DNA of 24,516 nt, from positions 1 to 24,516 of the forward strand of contig JBDNIV010000030.1 in assembly GCA_041688145.1 (NCBI GenBank). The letters run 5' to 3'. Below are positions 7,561-15,507 of the stretch, piece by piece (within the stretch, counting starts at the first letter, position 1; each line of letters opens with the position of its first letter). The notes under the pieces were generated by a model. That model searched no databases. It was not told the origin of the DNA and saw nothing but the letters and a program-made list of their open reading frames with translations. This DNA comes from Chlamydiia bacterium. GTDB lineage: Bacteria > Chlamydiota > Chlamydiia > Chlamydiales > JAAKFQ01. The position numbers and the translations under genes are program-made.

Positions 7561-10311
7561 ATGCCTCCTATTATCTGTAACACCGCTCATAAATCAGTCA
7601 CAATTCCACTAGGTGCTGATATATATGCAGGCAGCTGCTACCTTTCGCGTTATATACCTCAAGCTCTTGTAGCTGGGCTCTCTAACAAAACCCCTACAGC
7701 TTTAGTAAGTCTAGCTAATCGCATTACAACGACTCTTGGAAGAGGCGTTCATATAGTCGGAGCTATTGCTTTTATTGCTGCTCTGCATCAAATAGCAACG
7801 CGCTGCTCTTTAAAACATCAGGTGCAAAGTGGGTTTCGTCGTTTAGTAGGAATGGATGATTACAGTCAATTGTCTACGGCATTACAAGGATTGCCTTGGG
7901 CTAAAATGGAGCGCCTTCCTCTCAAGGAGATTCGCAATATGCTAGCGGGTGTGGACGTGATGACACATGGAGGCAGTGAGCGTCGCGCACCACAGGCTCA
8001 GTCAGTGCCCTTAGTGGATTTCTTCTCTCATATTTTAGCACTTAGGATTTGTGTACTTTTAAAAGATGTAGGTGAGCTAAAAGGTAAAATGCTTTCTTTA
8101 GGATGGGTGCTTTCTGGGAATGAAGCAGATAAAACATTGCCTAAGATACCTCAAGAATTTAAAAGTTTATCGGGGGGCGCCAAATTATTATCTGATAAAT
8201 GCATTTTAGATCTAATGGATGTTCAGAGTTATGATGAAACTGTAGCTAAGGTTCTGACATGGATAACAGGCGTTTCATTTCAAACGCCTGCTGCTGCTGA
8301 GGTTTTAGAGACCGCAGCTGATCGAGCTAATGCTTATATTAAGCAATTAGTGAGGGCTGATAAGCTATTTGAGGAGTTATTCTCAGTTTTGCGCGCTTTT
8401 ATGGAAAAAGGAGCTAGTTTAGGTGCCTTGCAGTGCGCTTTAGAAGAGCAGTTAGGGGATAATTGGGCAGTTTCTAGTCAAAAAATAGAATTTGAGAGCT
8501 TAGCCTCTAGGCTGGCTACAAACAATATTCAATCTGCTATTTTATATACCTCAGGAGCACGTGCAATTAAATTTAATGGTTTAAGATTAGAGAGAGCTCG
8601 AGCAATTTTACGAGACACAAATGTAAAAGCATCCTCGAATGGCGCTCTATGGAGACCTGCTGATTTAGCTCTGGTTGGTACAGGTTTACTAACACCAGGA
8701 CAAGAACAGTGGGATCTTGTCACTTGGTTAATGGGATATGCTACTTTGCAAGAAGTTGAAGGAAGACAAGAACTGCAATCTTTTAACAAGTGGACTTTAG
8801 AGAGCTGCAAAGCGAGAATCTATGAATGTTGGTCTGCGCAGAATCCGGGAGGCCCCTTATTGGAAGCTGAGTTCCTTATAGCGATGGTATTAGCTAATCA
8901 AACATTGCCGATATTTGAGGTAGCGACAGGAGAAGGGGTAGTTGATGAAAAAGCAACAGCACTTCATAGAGCAAGATGCCTTAATACCTTGGGACTAGCT
9001 GCAGAAAAATTTACTTACGATCCACTAATAAACCGTGCGGTAGCGGGGCTTTATCCAAGAGGCGCAGCTTCAAGTCAGGCTTTAGGTGAATACTTGAAAG
9101 ATCAGGCAATTCAATGGGGTGAGGCTACTAATCCCAATTTTATAAAGGCCTTGATAGATGCAGGAGCTAAACCTCCTAAATTAGGCTCTTGGAGTTCAGA
9201 TCCAACTCTAGTAGCCGCTTTTAAAAATTTAGCTTTATGGACATACACAAATGATGCGCTCTCATGGCTTACAGGGATTAATATTATAACTGGTAATCAT
9301 GTAGGTGGACATCAAAAGACACTGTTTTTTGAAGCAGTTTGTAGAGAACTTGTATCGGCTGATAAAGCCCTAACTCCAATGAGAATTAGCGCTATAGAGG
9401 CGTATTTGCACTTAGTAGCTTTTTCTGAAGAATTTAGGCATTCATTAAAAGAGACTTTGACACGTAGCTTTAGACCGCAAGACTTGGCAGAGGCAAAGAT
9501 TACAGCGATAGACTATGCCTTACAAAAAGTTAAGGAGCTACAACGTCGCTCAGATTTGCAAAAGCCTTACCTTAGTGCGTTAGAGATCCTGTTAAAGGAT
9601 CCAGTCACTCTGTCTAATTATGTTCAGATGCAGATAGCAGAGGTAGAGGGTCAAACTTTAGAGGCCTATGGAGATCGTCTGAAGTCCTTAATGGAGGTTA
9701 GATTCCCAAGCTCAGCTGATGATCAAGGTCATAGTATTTTGACTTACTTAGTAGAATCGGGTAGATCAGGTTTAGCTTCGGATTTCCTAGGCGCTTTGTC
9801 TCAGGATAAAACAGTTGAAGAAGAACCGGTTAGATTAGTTGAAGCAGAGCGCCTTAAAGCTTTTGTCAATTATCAGGCAAAAGTGCATGAGAAAGCTGCT
9901 CCTGCCGAAGGTGAAGCTGCCGGCGCACTAGATATTAAGCAAAGGTCAGCTTTAAGAATTTTGACTGCGAATACAACTCCTGAAGAATATTCAGCAGGTG
10001 ATCATAATCTTCTTATTCAACTAGTTTCTTTAGGGGCTGAAATCCCTGCAGATGTTCTTTTGTTCGAAGATGCGGTTAAGTGGTTCTGCACATATTCTAG
10101 GCCATTTTCTAAAACTTTAGAGGGTTTCTACTCTGAGCTAAAAGATCGCGATAATGTAACACAAGTGTCTGAGGACGCTTTAGCAAAGTATCCTGGTGAT
10201 ACTGAAGAAAATGCTAAGGCGCATGCTTTAGAGCGCTGCAAGCTTTATGCGGCAGCTTTAAAGGTGCCTTATCCATTGTTAGATGGGTTTCTTAATCCAG
10301 CTCTATCCTAA
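7561..10311 (+). CDS. Large alpha-helical hypothetical protein with degenerate ankyrin-like segments; candidate secreted effector
   Basis: 916-aa ORF with SD (AAGGA) and its own terminator. Contains FIKALIDAGAKP, DDQGHSILTYLVESG and LLIQLVSLGAEI, plus an N-terminal hydrophobic segment. Confidence 0.7.
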   Translation: MPPIICNTAHKSVTIPLGADIYAGSCYLSRYIPQALVAGLSNKTPTALVSLANRITTTLGRGVHIVGAIAFIAALHQIATRCSLKHQVQSGFRRLVGMDDYSQLSTALQGLPWAKMERLPLKEIRNMLAGVDVMTHGGSERRAPQAQSVPLVDFFSHILALRICVLLKDVGELKGKMLSLGWVLSGNEADKTLPKIPQEFKSLSGGAKLLSDKCILDLMDVQSYDETVAKVLTWITGVSFQTPAAAEVLETAADRANAYIKQLVRADKLFEELFSVLRAFMEKGASLGALQCALEEQLGDNWAVSSQKIEFESLASRLATNNIQSAILYTSGARAIKFNGLRLERARAILRDTNVKASSNGALWRPADLALVGTGLLTPGQEQWDLVTWLMGYATLQEVEGRQELQSFNKWTLESCKARIYECWSAQNPGGPLLEAEFLIAMVLANQTLPIFEVATGEGVVDEKATALHRARCLNTLGLAAEKFTYDPLINRAVAGLYPRGAASSQALGEYLKDQAIQWGEATNPNFIKALIDAGAKPPKLGSWSSDPTLVAAFKNLALWTYTNDALSWLTGINIITGNHVGGHQKTLFFEAVCRELVSADKALTPMRISAIEAYLHLVAFSEEFRHSLKETLTRSFRPQDLAEAKITAIDYALQKVKELQRRSDLQKPYLSALEILLKDPVTLSNYVQMQIAEVEGQTLEAYGDRLKSLMEVRFPSSADDQGHSILTYLVESGRSGLASDFLGALSQDKTVEEEPVRLVEAERLKAFVNYQAKVHEKAAPAEGEAAGALDIKQRSALRILTANTTPEEYSAGDHNLLIQLVSLGAEIPADVLLFEDAVKWFCTYSRPFSKTLEGFYSELKDRDNVTQVSEDALAKYPGDTEENAKAHALERCKLYAAALKVPYPLLDGFLNPALS

Positions 10312-10343
10312 CTGCTGTTTAGATAAGTTAATCGGGTAAGCAT

Positions 10344-10387
10344 AAAAGACGCGCGAGGCTTTAAAAAAGCCGGATGCGTCTTTTTTT
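10344..10387 (+). terminator. Rho-independent terminator
   Basis: aaaagacgc/gcgtctttt outer stem, ggcttt/aaagcc inner stem and a T7 tract, about 30 nt after the stop codon. Confidence 0.7.
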
Positions 10388-10512
10388 ATTTATAGAGATG
10401 TCGTGCGATGTTTCTATAAAAATGCAGCTATCTGTTTTACAAAAAGAGTTAGGAAAAGGTGCGCTTTTCCCTTTAATGAATCGTATTTGCTTGTTACACT
10501 TTCCAGAAGCAA

Positions 10513-10541
10513 TTGACAAAGTAAGCTAGCCATCGTAGGCT
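10513..10541 (+). promoter_or_regulatory. Putative sigma70/sigma66 promoter of the HAD-Nudix-holA-rsmI operon
   Basis: TTGACA-17 nt-TAGGCT. Confidence 0.6.
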
Positions 10542-10603
10542 GCTGCTTTAGGGCGCAAACAGGCGTTTTTTGAGTTTCATAAAACTGCTAAAAAAGAGTG
10601 CAG

Positions 10604-11263
10604 ATGAAATCGGTAAGAGCTCTTTTCTTTGATATGGATGGCACTTTAGCTGATAGCTTGCCGGTGGCATATGAAGTGTACTCAGACTTTGCTAAAAAGA
10701 TGGGGCTTGAGCCCTCTTTTGAAGAGTTTGTTCACTTAGGTGGGATGTCTCAGCAAGAGGCTGCAAGCTACCTTTGTAAAAAAGCAGATGCAAAGCTTGA
10801 TACTCAAAGTGTTCTTAAAGGATATATGACGGGTTTTGTTGAAAAATACAAAACACATATCCAGCTTTATACGGGAGCAAAAGAGGCCTTAGAAGGTGCA
10901 AAAGCTCTTGGATATAGACTCTCTCTTGTAACAGCTGCTTCTAAAGATATGGCGCATGCTTTTTTGGAAAAACAAGACCTTTTTCATTTTTTTGAAGATA
11001 TCATCACTCCCGAAGGCCTTCCTAAGAGCAAGCCCGATCCAGCTATTTATAAAAAAGCTCTTACTCTTGCGGGATTAGATAGCCATGAGGCTATGGCTTT
11101 CGAAGACTCTAAGGTAGGCATGCTCTCTGCAAAAGGAGCGGGCCTACGTACGATTTGGATGAATCACACAGAAGCGAAAGATAAAGAGCTCGAAGGGCTT
11201 TTTGATCACGCTTTTTCTGATTGGAACTCTGTAAACACATGGTTAGAAAATGCCAAAAAATAA
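10604..11263 (+). CDS. HAD-IA family phosphatase (CbbY/beta-PGM-like)
   Basis: FFDMDGTLADS, LVTAA, KSKPDPAIY and AFEDSKVG motifs. Start is ATG 10604 or GTG 10598. Confidence 0.9.
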   Translation: MKSVRALFFDMDGTLADSLPVAYEVYSDFAKKMGLEPSFEEFVHLGGMSQQEAASYLCKKADAKLDTQSVLKGYMTGFVEKYKTHIQLYTGAKEALEGAKALGYRLSLVTAASKDMAHAFLEKQDLFHFFEDIITPEGLPKSKPDPAIYKKALTLAGLDSHEAMAFEDSKVGMLSAKGAGLRTIWMNHTEAKDKELEGLFDHAFSDWNSVNTWLENAKK

Positions 11264-11858
11264 AGACACTCTTAAAGTAACGCCTGTTGATTCATGCTGC
11301 CGCGTGGAAAATCTGACAGAAGAGCCTATAGATGGCGACTGCGTTTTTCACTGCACAGCCTATACAAGCGATCATATACAAGGCTATTTTGTGCCGTACT
11401 TCGACTACCTTGCTGATAGGCAGATGGGGATGTTTGGGTATTTAGCTGTAGCTACTTCGAGTCTTGTGGTTTGTGGAAATGAAGTTCTTGTAGGAAAGCG
11501 CTCAGAGCTCGGCACTCATTGCCCTGAGTTTTTTGAGCTAGTGCCATCTGCAGGAATTGACCGCCATGTCGATAATACAGAGCAGCTTTTAACAGAGCTT
11601 GTACAAAATACAGGCATTGATAAAAGTGCTGTAAAAGACATCCGCCCTATTGCGCTTATTGAAGATACAGAAGAGTCTACTCTTGATATCTGTGTAGTCA
11701 TAGAGCTAAATGAAAAGCCGGTAAAACTCGCTCCTAAAGAGGCGTACTCCCAGATGGGCTGGCTTTCTATAGAAGAGTTTAATCAGCTAAAAGCTCATGC
11801 TAAAGTCGTACCCACTTCTAAAGCTCTATTCGAATATTGGCTTGGGGTTCATGTCTGA
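11250..11858 (+). CDS. Nudix-fold protein with degenerate Nudix box
   Basis: VLVGKRS...CPEFFELVPSAGID...LLTELVQNTGI follows the Nudix layout, but the EE pair is replaced by QN. Overlaps both neighbours. Confidence 0.65.
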   Translation: MPKNKDTLKVTPVDSCCRVENLTEEPIDGDCVFHCTAYTSDHIQGYFVPYFDYLADRQMGMFGYLAVATSSLVVCGNEVLVGKRSELGTHCPEFFELVPSAGIDRHVDNTEQLLTELVQNTGIDKSAVKDIRPIALIEDTEESTLDICVVIELNEKPVKLAPKEAYSQMGWLSIEEFNQLKAHAKVVPTSKALFEYWLGVHV

Positions 11859-12807
11859 GAAAAGCTTTTTAGATGCGCTTTGTAAAACTAAGAAAGGCGC
11901 TTTTGCATTAGCAGCTGAAGATGATGAGCGTTTTGTTTTCATTAAAGAGATTAAAAAAGCGTTGCCTAGCCTTATTAAAATGGACAGCGCTTTAGGCATA
12001 GCTCCTTTCAAAGAGACTCTTTTAGGAGGCGATCTATTCAGCCCTAACGCACCTATTTTACTCGATTCTGTAGAAGCTTTAAGCCCAAAAGAGTTTAAAG
12101 AGCTAGAAGCACTTGCGCTATCAGCTGAAAGTATTGTCATTTTAGGTTTCTCAAAGCTTTCAAGCAGTGCAAAAAAGCTCTTGCCTAAACTCGCCAAGTC
12201 TCATAGCGTTTTGGATGAAAAGCCGTGGGAAAAATTGGGGAGGCTAAAAGCGTGGGTTTTTCAAGAGGTAAAAAAACAGGATAAGGCTATATCTCAGGAG
12301 GCTCTGGAGGAGCTTATCCAAGTCTCTTCTAGCCTAGAGGGTCTAAAAAATGAGATTGCAAAGCTTATCCAATTTTTAGGACAAAGGGTTGAGATTACAT
12401 CTGAAGATATCGCTTTATTATGTAAAAAACAGGCTTCAGATAATGGGTGGGAGACTTTAAAGTATACGCTCGATAAAGAGTGGTCAAAGTTAGAGGCGCT
12501 TATTGATAAGCTTTGCTCTGATGAATCAGGGCTTGTTTCGCTTGTAACTCAGTTTCGCTACCAGTGTACTCAAGCAGCAGAAGTCAAAGAGTGCGCCTCT
12601 TCCTTAGAGCATTTAGCTAAAAAAAGGCCGGGACTCACTCCTTGGAGGCTGAAAAAGATCGCTCAGAGCGTAGACAATGTGTCTATGGAGTCTTTGAGAA
12701 AAGCGCTTATTGCAATTTTTGACTTTGAAGTATTTATAAGAAAGTCCAACCTAGGAGTAGCCCACTTAAGAGCTCTTTTTTTTATACTTCTACAAAAGAT
12801 TTTCTAG
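11851..12807 (+). CDS. holA: DNA polymerase III delta subunit (divergent)
   Basis: DLFS near the N-terminus, ISQEALEEL, LKNEIAKLIQFLG...ITSEDIALL and an EKPWEK motif. Directly precedes the rsmI-like gene. Start moved to ATG 11851. Confidence 0.75.
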   Translation: MSEKSFLDALCKTKKGAFALAAEDDERFVFIKEIKKALPSLIKMDSALGIAPFKETLLGGDLFSPNAPILLDSVEALSPKEFKELEALALSAESIVILGFSKLSSSAKKLLPKLAKSHSVLDEKPWEKLGRLKAWVFQEVKKQDKAISQEALEELIQVSSSLEGLKNEIAKLIQFLGQRVEITSEDIALLCKKQASDNGWETLKYTLDKEWSKLEALIDKLCSDESGLVSLVTQFRYQCTQAAEVKECASSLEHLAKKRPGLTPWRLKKIAQSVDNVSMESLRKALIAIFDFEVFIRKSNLGVAHLRALFFILLQKIF

Positions 12808-13590
12808 ATGAAAGATTCATATGATACATCCCAAAAGCCTAAGCCTAAAAAAAAGCATGAGGGCAAGCTCATTGTCTTTGGGAATCTTTTAGGCCCTTTG
12901 CCTATTGAAGAGGGAAAAAGACATTTTAGTGAAGTGGTTAAAGCCGAAGTCGCTACACTTGATGGTATTTTAGCAGAAAGTGAAAGAGAAGCGCGTAGGT
13001 TTTTATCCTACTTCAGAGAAGATCTGAAGATAGAGCCGCATAAAATGCCGCTTGCTCTTTTCCATAAAAAAACGCCTAAAACAGATTTAGATTTTCTATT
13101 TGAGCCTATTCGAAAAGGGGGCACTTGGGGCTATGTCAGTGATGGAGGGCTTCCTGGGATAGCAGACCCTGGCCACTTGCTTGTACGCTATGCTAGAGAG
13201 CATCATATTCCTCACAAAGTCCATATGGGGCCTACATCTATTTTGTGGGCATTGATACTGTCAGGCTTTTCTGGTAACCGCTTTGCGTTTCATGGATATC
13301 TCGCTAAAGAACCTAAGAAAAGAGAAGAAGAAATCAAATCGCATATTAAAGAAAGCATGAGGCTTAATTCTGTTCAGATTTTTATTGAAGCGCCTTACCG
13401 AAATGAAGCTCTTTTAGAGAGCCTTATAAAAGTTCTTCCACAAGGAGCTATTTTGGCACTTGTGCACTCTTTGATGCTTCCCAATGAGACAGCTGAGGTG
13501 ATGCCTGTCTCTATGTGGAAAAGCTATTTTAGCTCAGGTAAAGCAGGGTCTTTAAGAGATAAGCCAGCTGTTTTTCTCTTTATGGTCTAA
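12808..13590 (+). CDS. rsmI: RsmI-like tetrapyrrole-methylase family SAM-dependent methyltransferase
   Basis: VSDGGLPGIADPG, GPTSILWALILSG, FAFHGYL and IFIEAPYRN motifs. Confidence 0.8.
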   Translation: MKDSYDTSQKPKPKKKHEGKLIVFGNLLGPLPIEEGKRHFSEVVKAEVATLDGILAESEREARRFLSYFREDLKIEPHKMPLALFHKKTPKTDLDFLFEPIRKGGTWGYVSDGGLPGIADPGHLLVRYAREHHIPHKVHMGPTSILWALILSGFSGNRFAFHGYLAKEPKKREEEIKSHIKESMRLNSVQIFIEAPYRNEALLESLIKVLPQGAILALVHSLMLPNETAEVMPVSMWKSYFSSGKAGSLRDKPAVFLFMV

Positions 13591-13735
13591 ATAGATAGAA
13601 CTAATCTTAGGCTGCAGTAAAATTATTGAAATTTAGAATTTAAATAGTAAAAGAATCTTACCCTGTATTGATTTAACTAAACTGAGCCTATTTCCACCTA
13701 TCTCTTATATTTAGGGAGGGGTATTTGGGGAATTA

Positions 13736-15361
13736 TTAGACCCGAATGTCATAGTAGCGAATCTGAGCTCCGCATGATCGATCATCTGGAGAAGTAGCAG
13801 CAACTAATGTGTTTTCATCTAACCTGAGCATCTGAGTAACTTGACCTACATGGCTACGAATTGTGTGAACACTAGCTGGTTTGCGTATGTCCCAAATCCG
13901 GATTGTTTGGTCTTCTCCACTAGTTGCAAAGGTTTGACTTTCGAGAGGCAGGGCTGACCAAACGCGTCTTTGATGCTCTGACCACTCGTGTACAAGTTTT
14001 TTTTGACTCACGTCCAAAATGCCGACCTTTCCTGTCAAAAATGCGAGAACAAAAGTATTTATTTCGTTAGCCATAGGGTGCATATCTTGGATAAAAGCGC
14101 GCTGTTTACCTTTACGTCCTTGAGGGGGAGCGGTAGGCTTTCCTTCCTTTAAGATAATGCCATTATCTTCCCAAATGTCTGACTTTTTTTTCCAAGATTG
14201 TACTACACAGCCTACAACAGCTAAAAGCTGATCGGGGGTTTGATGGTGAATTGAAAAGACCCAATCTCTTTCGTGCACACGGGTCGTTGACTCCGTTCGG
14301 TTCTCCCATAAATTGTAGAAGTCAAACTGTGTTGGAAATCCAGCAAAAAAACCAGGGGCAGTCGGATTAATAGAAGCTGTTAAGCAGTTCACTCTCTGAG
14401 CATTTGCTTCCATGCAATGAGCCCCTTTTCTAGGGGGGCGCTTAATCGGTATAGTCCGAACAAACCTTCCACAAGTAGTCCATAAAGAGATATTGCCATT
14501 TCGTGAGCCAGTAAGAAAGTAAGCTGAAGATACTGGAGTTATATCTGTGACCCAGTACTCATCTCTTTGCATACCAGGCTCTACATCAGCAACAATTGTT
14601 ACGAGTTCGCGGTTTGAGCTAGCCCACTTTTTTATTGTTGTGTCTTTAGAGCCAGTGAGAAATGTACCATCGCTTAGCATTACCATCTTTAGTATATCAT
14701 CCTGGTGTGCATCATGCGTTACATGAACAAGCTCAGGGGCATCTTTATGCGTACCTCGAGCAAAGCTTTCTCCTCGATGGCTCATTTCTTCCGGCGGCTG
14801 ACCAGCCTGAAATGGCAGGTAGAGTAAATGTTCTAGTTTGCCTTCTTGGTATCGCCCATTCCAAGAGTGTACGATCTTAAATCCCTTTTTCTGGAAAAAG
14901 AGCAGAGAATCCTTCTTGTCCTCACTTACAGTTACATGGTATCCACTAAAGGAATTGCAGCGTTTTGGAGCCTCTTCGAACAGTTTATTCATGAGCGATG
15001 AGCCTAGTCCACGTCCTGAATTTTGTTGTGATTGATCGACAAAAAGAGATTTAATTTCGACACTATTTTGTAACCCGTATTCAGCATATTCATTGCTTAG
15101 CTGTGTCTTAAACTGTAAAATACCGCACGGGGTATCTCCTTCATAAAGAACAAAGCAAACACGATCTTTGCTTTGGGAGATTTGTTCAAGCGCTTTATCC
15201 TGACGACCATAAAGAGGGGTCAAAATCCGTTGAAAAATATCAGTAATAATACCCATTTTTTCCTGTAGTCTAATGCCATCTGCTCTGTAGAAAATTCGGT
15301 TTGGAGCAAGAGTGTGATACGCAGAAGGATTGCGATCTGGAGAAACATTAGAAGATGCCAT
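13736..15361 (-). CDS. GNAT acetyltransferase - WD40 beta-propeller fusion protein
   Basis: GNAT part: EIKSLFV, motif A NSGRGLGSSL (GRGLG at 15002-15016), VTVSE, FFQKKGF. WD40 part: FLTGSKDTTIKKW, FLTGSRNGNISLW, FATSGEDQTIRIWDIR. Start moved to ATG 15361 (GAGGAG SD at 15369-15374). Confidence 0.88.
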   Translation of the reverse strand: MASSNVSPDRNPSAYHTLAPNRIFYRADGIRLQEKMGIITDIFQRILTPLYGRQDKALEQISQSKDRVCFVLYEGDTPCGILQFKTQLSNEYAEYGLQNSVEIKSLFVDQSQQNSGRGLGSSLMNKLFEEAPKRCNSFSGYHVTVSEDKKDSLLFFQKKGFKIVHSWNGRYQEGKLEHLLYLPFQAGQPPEEMSHRGESFARGTHKDAPELVHVTHDAHQDDILKMVMLSDGTFLTGSKDTTIKKWASSNRELVTIVADVEPGMQRDEYWVTDITPVSSAYFLTGSRNGNISLWTTCGRFVRTIPIKRPPRKGAHCMEANAQRVNCLTASINPTAPGFFAGFPTQFDFYNLWENRTESTTRVHERDWVFSIHHQTPDQLLAVVGCVVQSWKKKSDIWEDNGIILKEGKPTAPPQGRKGKQRAFIQDMHPMANEINTFVLAFLTGKVGILDVSQKKLVHEWSEHQRRVWSALPLESQTFATSGEDQTIRIWDIRKPASVHTIRSHVGQVTQMLRLDENTLVAATSPDDRSCGAQIRYYDIRV

Positions 15362-15507
15362 TAAAAGTCTCCTCAAGGGATTTGAAATTCTTGAATGTGT
15401 CAAAAAGCTTAAGAAATAGCAAGAAATATTTTATTTTATAAAAATTTCTATGTAAAAAAAAATTCATTTAGTAAGATTAGACTCAATTTATACAATGAGT
15501 TGAGATT
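15362..15507. promoter_or_regulatory. AT-rich divergent promoter region of the three-gene module
   Basis: 146-nt AT-rich spacer between head-to-head genes. Individual promoter boxes cannot be assigned unambiguously. Confidence 0.5.

Noticed and set aside
4855..12197. Short nested ORFs (4855-5118, 6212-6478, 8529-8810, 11516-11701, 11826-12197)
   Set aside because: Lie within well-supported genes in other frames or strands; no recognisable products.
15362..15403. Extra 14 codons on the GNAT-WD40 ORF
   Set aside because: The GAGGAG SD at 15369-15374 points to ATG 15361.
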